Below, piece by piece: positions 1 to 10,039 of a stretch of 64,000 nucleotides of DNA. The notes under the pieces are model-generated. The model was not told the origin of the DNA. It saw only the letters and a program-made list of their open reading frames with translations, and ran no database searches. Within the stretch, counting starts at the first letter, position 1; each line of letters starts with the position of its first letter. The position numbers were made by a program, and so were the translations under genes. The stretch is from Candidatus Aldehydirespiratoraceae bacterium (lineage in GTDB: Bacteria; Actinomycetota; Acidimicrobiia; Acidimicrobiales; Aldehydirespiratoraceae), in NCBI GenBank assembly GCA_965205465.1, contig OZ242187.1:1588771-1652770 (forward strand), written 5' to 3'.

Positions 1-4
1 AATC

Positions 5-1132
5 GTGCTGGTCGCTTCGGCGATGGGCAAAGAAACCGACGAGCTTCTGCGGTTCGCCGATCAGGTATCCGGCACAAAACCGGGGCGGGAAATGGACATG
101 CTCATCACCGGAGGTGAGCGCAAAGCCTGCGCGCTGGTTTCGATGGCCTTACACGATCTGGGGGTTGAGTCCGATTCGTTCACTGGCAGCCAGGCGGGTT
201 TCCTCACCGACGCAACCCACCAGAACGCCAAGATCCTTGAGCTGCGTCCCGACCGTATCCGCGAGGCGCTCCAAGCTGGTCGTGTACCTGTAGTCGCGGG
301 TTCGCAGGGAGTTTCGACCGATAACAATGTCACTTTTCTGGGCCGCGGTGGCTCTGACACCACCGCAGTGGCGCTCGCCCACGCCTTGGATGCCGACGCC
401 TGCGAGCTCTACACCGATGTTCCCGGCGTGTTCACCACCGATCCTCGGCTGGTGGCCAACGCGCAACGGATCGATCAAGTCTCATTCGAAGAACTTCTCG
501 AGATGACCGCTACCGGCTGCCCCAAGCCGGCAATGCGATCTGTCGAGTTGGCCCGGGCCTACGGAGTGAAGTTGCATGTGCGCAGCGCGTTCTCGTGGGT
601 TCCCGGTACCTGGGTAACCGAGGAGGGTCCCATGGAAGGTGCACTCATATCTGCGGTAACGCATGACACCAGCGAGGCGAAGATGACCGTCTCGGGGGTT
701 GTTGACCGTCCCGGTGTGGCGGCGTTGCTGTTTCGCACATTGGCGACTGCTGATATCAACGTCGACATGATCGTGCAGAACGTGTCGGCGCAGGGTCATA
801 CCGATATCAGCTTCACTGTGCCCCATGATCAGGTTGAGGCAGCCTTGAGGGCGGTCAACTCTATTCTCGGGTCGCTCGGCGCGGCCGGCGTTGTGGCCGA
901 CGACGCAATCGCTCGAGTCAGCCTTGTTGGGGCTGGTATGAAGACCAACCCGGGAGTTGCGGCCACCATGTTCGAGACTCTTTCTGACAACGACATCAAC
1001 ATCGAGATGATCTCGACATCGGCGATTCGGGTGTCGTGCGTGGTTCGTGAGGCCCAGGTTGAGCAGGCGGTGGCGAAACTTCACGCCGCTTTCGAGCTTC
1101 ATATAGCCCCCGAGGACCGCAGCCACATCTAA
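5..1132 (+). CDS. lysC: Aspartate kinase (5' end lies upstream of the window)
   Basis: SAMG, TFLGRGGSDTTAVALA and YTDVPGVFTTDPR kinase motifs; two C-terminal ACT domains (INVDMIVQN, INIEMISTS). Confidence 0.95.
   Translation: MLVASAMGKETDELLRFADQVSGTKPGREMDMLITGGERKACALVSMALHDLGVESDSFTGSQAGFLTDATHQNAKILELRPDRIREALQAGRVPVVAGSQGVSTDNNVTFLGRGGSDTTAVALAHALDADACELYTDVPGVFTTDPRLVANAQRIDQVSFEELLEMTATGCPKPAMRSVELARAYGVKLHVRSAFSWVPGTWVTEEGPMEGALISAVTHDTSEAKMTVSGVVDRPGVAALLFRTLATADINVDMIVQNVSAQGHTDISFTVPHDQVEAALRAVNSILGSLGAAGVVADDAIARVSLVGAGMKTNPGVAATMFETLSDNDINIEMISTSAIRVSCVVREAQVEQAVAKLHAAFELHIAPEDRSHI
620..634 (+). promoter_or_regulatory. Internal RBS and in-frame ATG for the aspartokinase beta subunit
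   Basis: GAGGAGG at 620-626 and in-frame ATG at 632 just before the ACT domains, as in actinobacterial lysC alpha/beta. Confidence 0.7.
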
Positions 1133-1188
1133 TGGCTGACTCGACTGCTGAGTCTCGGCCGTGATCAAAGACAATCTGGTGCCTGATT

Positions 1189-1389
1189 GTGGTCCAAACT
1201 AGACCATCTATGGCTACTATTGAGCCAATGGTACATGTGGAGTTGGAACGAATCGAGGCCCTAGAGCTCTTAGGGATGGTCCTCGCCCACCTCAACAACG
1301 CCGAGGCGGTCGGCGATTTGTCACCACGGGTTCCGACCCTGATGACAATTCGTGACAAATTGGCCACCGGTCTAAGGGAGATGCAATGA
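1189..1389 (+). CDS. Small hypothetical protein
   Basis: Short helical ORF; stop overlaps the next start (ATGA); true start may be 1210 or 1228. Confidence 0.55.
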   Translation: MVQTRPSMATIEPMVHVELERIEALELLGMVLAHLNNAEAVGDLSPRVPTLMTIRDKLATGLREMQ

Positions 1390-1634
1390 GCTACAGCGAA
1401 GCGGAAGTGTCTGCAGTTGATGCTGCTATAGAAAAATACCGAAGTGGTCTCAATAACGAAATCGGGGCTGTGTTGGCGGTCGTGGGGCTTAGCGCTGAGC
1501 GAGCAGACAAAGAAGCCGCTATCCGTGATGACATGATCCGTGTTGCGTATCGTGTCGGCGCCTCACTTCGCCAGATTGCCGAGGTGTCCGGGATCGGTCG
1601 CAAAACAGTGACCGATATCGTCCGAGCTGACTGA
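1386..1634 (+). CDS. Small HTH protein
   Basis: GASLRQIAEVSGIGRKTVTDIV helix-turn-helix; RBS AGGGAG; coupled to the upstream ORF. Confidence 0.7.
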   Translation: MSYSEAEVSAVDAAIEKYRSGLNNEIGAVLAVVGLSAERADKEAAIRDDMIRVAYRVGASLRQIAEVSGIGRKTVTDIVRAD

Positions 1635-1747
1635 ACACGAGCCTAAAGCAAGATTTTCCCGCCAGTTGGGCGTGTGGTTGCGCTGTTGGTGCGGGGTTGT
1701 TGGCAGTCAGGGGGGATTACACTCACCGCGATAATGGGAGAGGAGAA

Positions 1748-2887
1748 GTGGTGTCCACCGAGCCTGCCTGGTCGCTAGGAATCGAAGAGGAATATCTGCT
1801 CGTCGAACGCGACAGCGGGGCCCTCGTCACCAAACAGCCTCCAGGGTTGCTCGAAAAAGTGGCCGACTTGCGCCACGGGATGGTGGCCCGGGAATTGTTC
1901 AGTTCCCAGATTGAGATCGGCACGGGCGTGTGCACCGACATGAAGCTGCTTCGCGCCGACATCGGGTTGTTGCGCTTGGCGGTTACTGAAGCTGCCGCCG
2001 ACTACGGTTTGGCACCGATCGCCGCCTCGACTCATCCGTTCGCGAAGTGGAAGCAGCTTGAGTACACCGAAGGAGAACGCTACCGAGCCATAGCCGAGGA
2101 CCTTCAGGGCGTCACCCGGCGACTGATCATTTCCGGGATGCATGTCCATGTGGGTATAGAAGATCCCGACCTGCGGATCGATCTAATGAACCAGGCTGCA
2201 TATTTTCTGCCGCATCTGTTGGCTCTATCGACATCTTCGCCGTTCTGGGAGGGTAGCGACACCGGACTCAAGAGCTACCGAATGGCGGTGTTCGCGAGCA
2301 TGCCACGCACCGGGCTTCCCGAGAAGTTCGACTCGTGGTCTGATTTCCGCCGCCATGTGGATGTGCTGGTGAACGCGGGAATCATTGAGGACTCCAGCAA
2401 GGTTTGGTGGCATATCCGCCCGTCGGAGCGCTACCCCACTTTGGAGATGCGGGTGACCGACCTGCCCACGAGGATGGAGGACACGATCGCGGTGGCCGCC
2501 ATGTATGTCTGTGTGTTGAGGATGCTCTGGCGACTCAAGCTGGAGAATCGCCGCTGGCGCAGCTACGCCAACTTCTTGGTGTCGGAGAACCTGTGGCGGG
2601 CCGAGCGTTACGGGACCGGGGGCGAACTGATCGACTTCGGCAAGGGCGAGTTGGTGCCGTTCTCGGATCTGGTAACGGAACTGGTCGAATTGGTCAGGCC
2701 AGACGCCGAGGCCTTGGACTGCGTTACCGAGGTGGAGCACACGCTCACGATCTGCGAGCGAGGTTCCTCCGCGGATCGCCAGCTGGCGGTGTATCACAGT
2801 GCGCTCGAAGACGGTGCCAGCGAAGACGAAGCGCTCAAAGCCGTCGTCGACGCACTCGTCGCCGACACGATCGCGCCTCCGCTGTAG
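1748..2887 (+). CDS. Carboxylate-amine ligase / glutamate-cysteine ligase family 2 (YbdK-like)
   Basis: SLGIEEEY, QIEIGT, GMHVHVG, LALSTSSPFW, WWHIRP, TLEMRVTD; RBS GAGGAG upstream. Confidence 0.9.
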   Translation: MVSTEPAWSLGIEEEYLLVERDSGALVTKQPPGLLEKVADLRHGMVARELFSSQIEIGTGVCTDMKLLRADIGLLRLAVTEAAADYGLAPIAASTHPFAKWKQLEYTEGERYRAIAEDLQGVTRRLIISGMHVHVGIEDPDLRIDLMNQAAYFLPHLLALSTSSPFWEGSDTGLKSYRMAVFASMPRTGLPEKFDSWSDFRRHVDVLVNAGIIEDSSKVWWHIRPSERYPTLEMRVTDLPTRMEDTIAVAAMYVCVLRMLWRLKLENRRWRSYANFLVSENLWRAERYGTGGELIDFGKGELVPFSDLVTELVELVRPDAEALDCVTEVEHTLTICERGSSADRQLAVYHSALEDGASEDEALKAVVDALVADTIAPPL

Positions 2888-2960
2888 CCACGCGGTTCGT
2901 TGCCTGGGTCCTCGGCTGGTTCATTTTGCTATAGCAGTGTCTCTGCTAGACAAACACTTG

Positions 2961-4583
2961 ATGATACAGCCCATCGCGGCCGACGCCATGACCTCGCCCG
3001 ATGCGACGCCATCAAGTGGAAAACGACGCCATGACCTCGATGCTTTGCGCGGGTTTGCGATGTTGTTGGGAATCGGACTGCATGCGTCGCTGTCTTTCTT
3101 TCCCGGTTTCTGGGCGGTAACCGACAACAAGGCCGACCTCGACGCGGGCTACGACGAGTTCTTCCTCGCCGTACACGGCTTCCGCATGCCCTTGTTCTTC
3201 TTGCTGTCCGGCTTCTTCACCGTAATGGTGTGGCGTCGTCGGGGCATGTCGTCACTGCTGGGTCAAAGAGTCAAGCGGATCGTCGTGCCGTTGGCGATCG
3301 GAGTTGTGACGATCGTGCCGCTGGTCGACTGGGTCGTCGAGCGTGCCGTTGATCGACCGGACGACCCGGGGACTGCCCTTTTCGTTGCGATCGCGGAAGG
3401 TGATTCCGAAGCGACGCAAAGGGCTATCAAGGCCGGAGCCGACCTTGACAGCCGCGGCGAGGACGGCGGCACCTTCCTGCACTGGGCGGCGTTCATGGGT
3501 GATCCGGAGGTGGTGGGGCTGCTGTTGGAAGCCGGGGCGGACCCGACCGCTGTCGACTACGCTGGCAACACGCCTGTGGGTTCAACCTTCGTGTTCGGCA
3601 ACGAGGAAGCCGCCGACCTGCTCGTCGCGGCGGGAGCGCCCGACCCTCGGGTGGGGGGCCAGGACTGGGACGATGTCCCATGGTGGGCTTTCGGCGCCGA
3701 AGACGCGCCCAAAACGGACGAGACTGCCGACGACGACAGTTTCGAGGGGCCCGAAACATGGATTGCGAGCTTCCACCACTTGTGGTTCCTGTGGTTCCTG
3801 TGCTTGTTCGTGGTCGGCTTCGTCGTGGTGGCGAGAATCGTCGAGTTCCTAGAGCGCTCCTTCGCGGATCGAATCCCGCTTGATCGTGTCGCTTGGACGG
3901 TTATGTGGTTGCTCATCCCATTCACGTTCCTTCCGCAGCTCCGCATGGGCGAATGGGGCGAATTCCGAGTGTTCGGACCCGACACGTCAACCGCCCTCGT
4001 ACCCGACTTTCACGTCCTTGCCTACTACGCCGTCTTTTTTGGGTTCGGGGCGCTCATGTACGACAGACGTAACCGCTCAGGTGAGCTGCTTGTTGACACA
4101 ATCGGACGCCACTGGGCAGTCCTGTTGCCACTGACGGTCATCATCGTGTTGCCCGTAGCGCTCGGCGTCACCTACGCAGATGACCCGATCTGGCCTGTGG
4201 CCGCAGCGCTTCAGGTCACGTTCGCCTGGGCCATGATCGTCGGCTTGATGGGACTGTCCCGCCGCTTCCTCGCGGTCGACCGACCGGGCGTTCGCTATCT
4301 GAGCGACTCGGCCTATTGGCTGTATCTGATGCACTTGCCGCTGGTGATCGCGGGCCAGGACTGGGTCCGAGACTGGGACCTCCCGGCGTCACTCAAGTTC
4401 CTTGGGATCTGCGTGGTCGCTACGGCGATCCTGCTGGCCAGCTATCAGTTGTTCGTCCGCTACACGCCCATCGGTTGGATTCTCAACGGCCCGCGCACGC
4501 CAACCCGATTCGATCTCCCCTGGGCTACCCGTGCCCAAGCATCCGAAGTCCCCGAAACCTCAACACCCCACCACGCCCGCTGA
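2961..4583 (+). CDS. Acyltransferase family 3 (OpgC-like) with an inserted ankyrin-repeat domain
   Basis: RRHDLDALRG, FRMPLFFLLSGFF, HHLWFLWFL, SYWLYLMH-type motifs; ankyrin-like GGTFLHWAAFMG...LLLEAGADP and GNTP. Confidence 0.85.
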   Translation: MIQPIAADAMTSPDATPSSGKRRHDLDALRGFAMLLGIGLHASLSFFPGFWAVTDNKADLDAGYDEFFLAVHGFRMPLFFLLSGFFTVMVWRRRGMSSLLGQRVKRIVVPLAIGVVTIVPLVDWVVERAVDRPDDPGTALFVAIAEGDSEATQRAIKAGADLDSRGEDGGTFLHWAAFMGDPEVVGLLLEAGADPTAVDYAGNTPVGSTFVFGNEEAADLLVAAGAPDPRVGGQDWDDVPWWAFGAEDAPKTDETADDDSFEGPETWIASFHHLWFLWFLCLFVVGFVVVARIVEFLERSFADRIPLDRVAWTVMWLLIPFTFLPQLRMGEWGEFRVFGPDTSTALVPDFHVLAYYAVFFGFGALMYDRRNRSGELLVDTIGRHWAVLLPLTVIIVLPVALGVTYADDPIWPVAAALQVTFAWAMIVGLMGLSRRFLAVDRPGVRYLSDSAYWLYLMHLPLVIAGQDWVRDWDLPASLKFLGICVVATAILLASYQLFVRYTPIGWILNGPRTPTRFDLPWATRAQASEVPETSTPHHAR

Positions 4584-4601
4584 AGCCGATACGGTACGGC
4601 T

Positions 4602-5738
4602 GTGGCTGAGATACATGGGACTTGTGAGCTTGGATTTGAAGGCGTGCGGGAGGCTTTCTCGACCAATTTTGATGAAGGTGACCTGGGTGCTTCGTGTGCT
4701 GTGGTCTACCGGGGTGAGTTGGTAGTCGATTTGTGGGGCGGGCATCGAGACGTCGCCGAAACGAAACCGTGGCAACACGACACGATCGTCAATGTCTGGT
4801 CGACCACCAAGATGCTGGCCGCGCTGTGTGTGTTGGTGCTGCACGACCGCGGGATGCTTTCGGTAGATGACCCAGTCGCGGCACACTGGCCCGAGTTTTC
4901 CGCCGCCGGCAAAGAGGGAGTGCTCATTCGTCACTTGATGAGCCATACCGCCGGCGTACCTGGGTTCGACCCGCCGATCACCAAAGAAGAGATGTATGAC
5001 TGGGACTTCTGCTGCGCCAACCTCGCAGCTCAAAGTCCTTGGTGGGAACCGGGCACAGCTTCGGGCTACCACGCATCCACGCAGGGATGGTTACTCGGCG
5101 AGGTTGTGCGACGGGTGACAGGGCGCACACTCGGCACCTTCTTCCGCGAAGAGATCGCCGGCCCTCTGGGCGCCGACTTTCACATCGGACTCGATGATGC
5201 GGAGTTCGATCGTGTAGCAGAAGTGCGCACCGATGAAGCTGAAGGCATCGGCAACCACAGCGACCCGATCCCGGCCCGTCAGGCTCAAGGAGAAGCTGAA
5301 CATACTCAGTTCGTCAACACTGACCGCTGGCGCAGAGCCGAATTCCCCGCTTCCAACGGTCACGGCAACGCCCGCTCAGTCGTGCAGGTTGTCTCCATCC
5401 TGGCCCAAGGTGGTGAATCACAGGGGCTTCGTTTCCTCGGTCAGGACACGATCGAGCGGATCTTCGAAGTCCAGGCATCGGGACCCGACCTGATAATCGG
5501 TCACAACATGACCTTTGGTATCGGTTACGGGCTCAGCTCGCCGGCAATGCCGCTCGGGATCAATGATCGCACCCTGTTCTGGGCCGGTTGGGGTGGTTCG
5601 ATGGCCGTGGTAGACGTCGAGAACTCACTCACTGTCTGTTACGCCATGAACCGCATGAAATCTGACGTGGTCGGCGATATGAGGGCTGGCCGTGTGATCT
5701 TCGCTGCCCACGATGCGGGTACTGCCCTGCGTGCCTAG
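4602..5738 (+). CDS. Serine hydrolase, beta-lactamase class C/EstA family
   Basis: WSTTK (SxxK), LMSHTAG, GYHA, WAGWGGS; TACGGT -10 at 4590 (leaderless GTG). Confidence 0.9.
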   Translation: MAEIHGTCELGFEGVREAFSTNFDEGDLGASCAVVYRGELVVDLWGGHRDVAETKPWQHDTIVNVWSTTKMLAALCVLVLHDRGMLSVDDPVAAHWPEFSAAGKEGVLIRHLMSHTAGVPGFDPPITKEEMYDWDFCCANLAAQSPWWEPGTASGYHASTQGWLLGEVVRRVTGRTLGTFFREEIAGPLGADFHIGLDDAEFDRVAEVRTDEAEGIGNHSDPIPARQAQGEAEHTQFVNTDRWRRAEFPASNGHGNARSVVQVVSILAQGGESQGLRFLGQDTIERIFEVQASGPDLIIGHNMTFGIGYGLSSPAMPLGINDRTLFWAGWGGSMAVVDVENSLTVCYAMNRMKSDVVGDMRAGRVIFAAHDAGTALRA

Positions 5739-5883
5739 CGGCCCGCCCGTGGCCCGAGCGGCCCGGTGAGCGAAGCGAACAAGAGCGGGAGACAGAGTGC
5801 TGCCCACGGTGCGGGCACTAACCTGCGCAACTCGTAATGGACCCGCAACCCGTGGTCGGAAGGGTCTGGGTTGGCGGTAATGC

Positions 5884-7611
5884 TCAGGGGACGGGAACGG
5901 TGGCGGTGTCGGCGCCGCTGCGCAGTACCTTGCCCGGAAGCGCGTCGGTAGCCTCACCGTCGAGCACGGTTGTGACACCGTTGACCATCACCTGTTTGAT
6001 GCCGGTTGCCTCGGCGTAGAGGCGCTTGCTGTCACCTGGCAGGTCGAATACCAACTCCACGTCGGTGGCTCCAACCTCTTCGCTGTCGAACAGCACCAAG
6101 TCGGCAAAATAGCCCTCCGCGATACGACCTCGGTCTCGCAAACCGAAGAGCTGGGCGGGCACGTCAGTGAGATGCCGGATTGCGTTTTCCATGCTGGTGA
6201 GCTGCCGCCCGTGCAGGCAATCGGCGAGCCAAGCGGTCGTGTAGGTGGCACCGGCCATGCGATCAAGGTGTGCGCCCGCGTCCGAGCCGCCGATCATCAC
6301 CGCTTCGTGTTCCCAGGCTTGTGCCCGCAAACGCCAGCTCTCGGCATCGTCATCGGTCGGCAGGGGCCACCACACCGTGGCGAGATCATCTTCGAGTGCG
6401 ATCTCGACCATCGTGTGGAAGGCCCGTTTGCCCCGTTCACGGGCAATGTCACCAAGGGTGCGGCCCTTGAGTCCCTCGTTGGCAGCGGAGTAGGTGTCAC
6501 CCACTTGGTAGTTGTCCCAGCCGGTGAGGCGGGAAAACACACCCGCTTCGGGAAGAGCGGCCTGATTCTCAAGCCAGGTGACAACCTCGGGGTCTCGCAG
6601 TTTCGCCATCCGCTCGGGGTAGTCGAGGCTGAAGATTGTCTTCCACTCCGGGAGTTGATGCAACGCGCAGAAGCTGCCGAGGTTCATGTTCATGCCGACC
6701 AGGATCGGCATCGTGAGGGCGACGATCTTCGCTCCCTGTGAGTTGGCTTTTTCGCAAGCCGCAATCTGGTTGCGGTAGGCCTCAGGGCGGGCCGAGTCGA
6801 TGGTCAGCACATTCCAGTTGAGCGGCCGTTGGCCTTCAACCGACATTCTCGTCATCAACTCGACTTCGTCGTCCTCGAATCCGTTGAGACAACCGTCGGC
6901 CACCCATTCAAGGGTCGTACCCGCGTGGGCTGAGGTTTCGCGGCAGAGTTCCAGCACTTCGTCCCAGGCTGCCCAACGGCTCGGCACGGGGTTGCCGTCC
7001 CAGTCGTTGTGGGTGAAGGACCGGCCGGTAGAGAAACCAAGACCGCCCGCTTCGATAGATTCTTTGAGCAGTTCCCGCATCTGTTCGACTTGTTCAGCAC
7101 TGGCTTCGTGCCCCACCGAGTCATCTTTCATAACCAGTCGACGCAGAGCGCAGTGGCCCACCAAGAAGCCAACGTTGATGGCCGAGCCGTTTTCGGCGAC
7201 ACGGTCGAGATACTCGCCGAAGCTGCGCCAGTTCCAAGGCACGCCCAACTCCAGCGCCTCAAGCGCCATGCCCTCCACCTTGACCATCATCTTCTTCAGA
7301 TATTCGCCGTCGGATTCGTCGCCGAGCGGTGCCAGGGTGAAACCGCAGTTGCCGCCGATCATTGAGGTCACACCAAAGAGATTCGACGGGGTTGTGTGCG
7401 GATCCCAGAAGACTTGTGCGTCGTAGTGGGTGTGCGGGTCGACGAATCCAGGGCAGACCACCAGGCCGTCGGCGTCAACCATCTCCGCCGCAGGCTCGTC
7501 AACTGTGCCAACCGCGACGATTCGTCCGTCGCGAATGCCGACGTCACCCACCGCTGGTGCCGCACCCGTCCCATCAACGACGGACCCACCTCTGATAATC
7601 ATGTCGAGCAT
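5884..7611 (-). CDS. N-acyl-D-amino-acid deacylase family amidohydrolase
   Basis: IIRGGSVVDGTG, PGFVDPHTHYD, GNCGF, SDAGAH, DRGRIAEGYFADLVLFD. Confidence 0.9.
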   Translation of the reverse strand: MLDMIIRGGSVVDGTGAAPAVGDVGIRDGRIVAVGTVDEPAAEMVDADGLVVCPGFVDPHTHYDAQVFWDPHTTPSNLFGVTSMIGGNCGFTLAPLGDESDGEYLKKMMVKVEGMALEALELGVPWNWRSFGEYLDRVAENGSAINVGFLVGHCALRRLVMKDDSVGHEASAEQVEQMRELLKESIEAGGLGFSTGRSFTHNDWDGNPVPSRWAAWDEVLELCRETSAHAGTTLEWVADGCLNGFEDDEVELMTRMSVEGQRPLNWNVLTIDSARPEAYRNQIAACEKANSQGAKIVALTMPILVGMNMNLGSFCALHQLPEWKTIFSLDYPERMAKLRDPEVVTWLENQAALPEAGVFSRLTGWDNYQVGDTYSAANEGLKGRTLGDIARERGKRAFHTMVEIALEDDLATVWWPLPTDDDAESWRLRAQAWEHEAVMIGGSDAGAHLDRMAGATYTTAWLADCLHGRQLTSMENAIRHLTDVPAQLFGLRDRGRIAEGYFADLVLFDSEEVGATDVELVFDLPGDSKRLYAEATGIKQVMVNGVTTVLDGEATDALPGKVLRSGADTATVPVP

Positions 7612-7694
7612 CGCTTCGTCCTCCTAGCGTTGCACCCGGCTGGCTAACGCGTCGGACACTGATGCTATTGCCCATGTCGTGGCGCTACAAAAGC

Positions 7695-7802
7695 GGCTCT
7701 TCGGATATTGGCGGGGAGTGATGGTGGCGAGGAGGGCCCAGTTGGGTTTGCCGGCGTAGAGCAACGCACGGATCCGGTAGTGGGCGAACCGTCGGAAACC
7801 GA
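7695..7802 (-). mobile_element. ISL3-family remnant (transposase C-terminus plus terminal IR)
   Basis: GFRRFAHYRIRALLYAGKPNWALL tail; GGCTCTTCGG end; a homologous remnant lies at 49620-49760. Confidence 0.75.
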
Positions 7803-7889
7803 GGCCTCCCCTCGGCTCCGCGATTCCCCTCAAGGTCCCAAGTAGGTCCGGTCATGAGACTAAGGCGGGTCCACTAGTAGCGATATAGT

Positions 7890-8210
7890 GTGATGTTAAT
7901 GAACACCATCAATCAATTTATTGTGATTATACTTTGGCTCGGTATCCTCGGTGTACTGTTACTCACCAGTGCGATCGCCCTCGATGTCATCTTTGGCGCT
8001 TTCCTAGATACGTGCGATGTGTCTCACGAATCTGCTAATACACTCTTGGGCTGGACTATTGTAAGTCTTTTTCTTGTAGTCACTGCTGGTGTAGGAGCAT
8101 TTCTCCATCAACTGCTTGGTCTTTCACGAGTCATCGTCGTGATCGGTATCACTGGATATTTTACCATACTCGCGCTACTCTTGCTGCTCTCTGGAGGCAA
8201 ATGCCAATGA
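7890..8210 (+). CDS. Small membrane protein (low GC)
   Basis: Three hydrophobic segments; AT-rich relative to flanks. Confidence 0.5.
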   Translation: MMLMNTINQFIVIILWLGILGVLLLTSAIALDVIFGAFLDTCDVSHESANTLLGWTIVSLFLVVTAGVGAFLHQLLGLSRVIVVIGITGYFTILALLLLLSGGKCQ

Positions 8211-8213
8211 TAC

Positions 8214-9335
8214 TTATTTCAAAGACGGGAGGACTTTGATCAATCCGATTGAAGGGCGTACACCGAACCTGACTTGTGGGGCGGTGCCTCGTTCTCGACC
8301 GACACCGGTCGAAACGTAAACCGGTGTTTCGTGGAGCGTGTGAAGACCCCCGGCGGCTACGTTACGCGGGACTGAAGACGCAGTGACCAGCGGACCGATA
8401 AAGGGTATCGCAACCTGGCCACCATGGGTGTGGCCTGCCACGAGCAAGTCAACAGGAGTTTCACGAATTCGTCGAATCTCATCAGGCTGATGCGCCAACA
8501 GGACAGTCATGTCAACTTCCTCTTGGTTGAGTGATTCAAGTGCTCGCTGCGCGCTGTGTTGATTGCCATACAGTGTGATGCCCACGATGTTCACCGTGTT
8601 CCCATTGACCTCAGTTATCAACGATTCGTCGTCCAACACGATGGCCGGCGTTCCTCCAGTGATCTTGCGCAACCCAGAAACAGTGTCGGTGTTGCCACTA
8701 ACCAGGATCACCAAGGGGACGTTATCGGTTATCAACTCTATAGCGTGTTGGAACTCGCCAACACGTTCATCGAATTGATCCGCCGGCAATTGATACAGAT
8801 CACCGGGGAGCAGGACAATATCTGGATCGTGTGACAACAGCTTTCTGATAGATTCGAGTTCGTAATCGCCTATCGATGTCGTTTGTAAGTCTGACAACAC
8901 ACCTATCGTGAATGCCTCATTGATGGTTGCCACACTGAGTTCCTGCACATCCGTTCGTAACCAGAATGGTTCGATATGTGTTGAATAAAGACCAATCGGC
9001 ACAAGAGAAGTACAGACGAGTGTGATTATCAGGAGGAGCCTAGACCGAACCTTATCGAAAATGTATATCAGACAAGCCGCGAGCGGAATACCCAGTGTGA
9101 CCCACAAATATGTGACATGAATAACTGTAAAGCTGCTCAACCCGTATACGACTAACGCAAAAAGGCTCGCGACTCCGTTAGCAAAACCACTAACCGCTAA
9201 CGTCACGCTCAGTGTCGGGATCAGCCCAATTCGTCGTGACAATCGATCAGCTAAACGATGAAGCGCGACATACGTACCTGCAGTGAGCAGACCCACGGTC
9301 ACAGCCGCAACAATCGAATAGCTGTTCAAGTGCAT
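8214..9335 (-). CDS. Membrane-anchored metallophosphoesterase (YkuE/YaeI-like)
   Basis: LSDLQ, PGDL, SGNTD, LLAHQP, GHTHGGQ after four TM helices; low GC. Confidence 0.85.
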   Translation of the reverse strand: MHLNSYSIVAAVTVGLLTAGTYVALHRLADRLSRRIGLIPTLSVTLAVSGFANGVASLFALVVYGLSSFTVIHVTYLWVTLGIPLAACLIYIFDKVRSRLLLIITLVCTSLVPIGLYSTHIEPFWLRTDVQELSVATINEAFTIGVLSDLQTTSIGDYELESIRKLLSHDPDIVLLPGDLYQLPADQFDERVGEFQHAIELITDNVPLVILVSGNTDTVSGLRKITGGTPAIVLDDESLITEVNGNTVNIVGITLYGNQHSAQRALESLNQEEVDMTVLLAHQPDEIRRIRETPVDLLVAGHTHGGQVAIPFIGPLVTASSVPRNVAAGGLHTLHETPVYVSTGVGRERGTAPQVRFGVRPSIGLIKVLPSLK

Positions 9336-9396
9336 CGTACCGGCACTCAGGTTACGCCGCGGTTAGGGCTGCCGGAACACCGCCCATGCCATCGCG

Positions 9397-9462
9397 TGTG
9401 CGTCGTAGTGGGTGTGCGGGTCGACGAACCCAGGGCAGACCACCAAGCCGTCGGCGTCAACC
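9397..9462 (-). repeat. Diverged fragment of the D-aminoacylase 5' region (copy of ~7415-7480)
   Basis: Encodes VDADGLVVCPGFVDPHTHYDA; near-identical DNA. Confidence 0.85.
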
Positions 9463-9467
9463 GCAGA

Positions 9468-9625
9468 GGTCAGGCACCCACAAAAGGACTTCGAAAAGTT
9501 GCTCCAATCCGCTGAAGGTCAGGGCTGGGCCGTTGTGCGGCGTACCCCTCACCCCGTCTGCGCAACGTACACTGATCAACAAGCAAGCGCAGTTCAAACG
9601 CTGCTCTGGCTGGGAGGGCCGCTGA
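9468..9625 (+). pseudogene. HicA-like toxin remnant with internal deletion/frameshift
   Basis: RHPQKDFEKLLQSAEGQGWAV in one frame and VPLTPSAQRTLINKQAQFKRC..* in another; stop overlaps the next ATG (TGATG). Confidence 0.45.
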
Positions 9626-10002
9626 TGGACATAGCAACCCACAATTGCGACGTGACGTTCACCGCGACGGTGCGGACCATGGACGAAGAGGGGGCGCGAC
9701 CGGCCACTGAGGCTGAATTCACGAGAGTCTTCAAGGCCATAGCCGATCACCTTTACTCAAGAGCCGACCTAGTCGAACCCGATGTGTGGGGGCAGGCATC
9801 AACCGGGAACCTGGAAGTCCGCTTCATGCTTCCGGTGTGCCACGAAACGGCCGCTGACAGCGCACCGAGGCGGGTGGCCCAGATTATCGACGAGATGAAC
9901 AACGCAGCGAAGATAGTCACCGGATTTGACTTTCAGGACAAGCTGCCACGACACGCCACCGTTATCGCCAGCAACCCGAACCTCAATATGGCGCTCGTCT
10001 GA
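9625..10002 (+). CDS. Hypothetical protein, possible antitoxin
   Basis: RBS GGGAGG and TGATG coupling to the toxin-like remnant. Confidence 0.5.
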   Translation: MDIATHNCDVTFTATVRTMDEEGARPATEAEFTRVFKAIADHLYSRADLVEPDVWGQASTGNLEVRFMLPVCHETAADSAPRRVAQIIDEMNNAAKIVTGFDFQDKLPRHATVIASNPNLNMALV

Positions 10003-10039
10003 TCTCGGGAAATTCCGACGGGAATCCGGTAGCGCCCCG

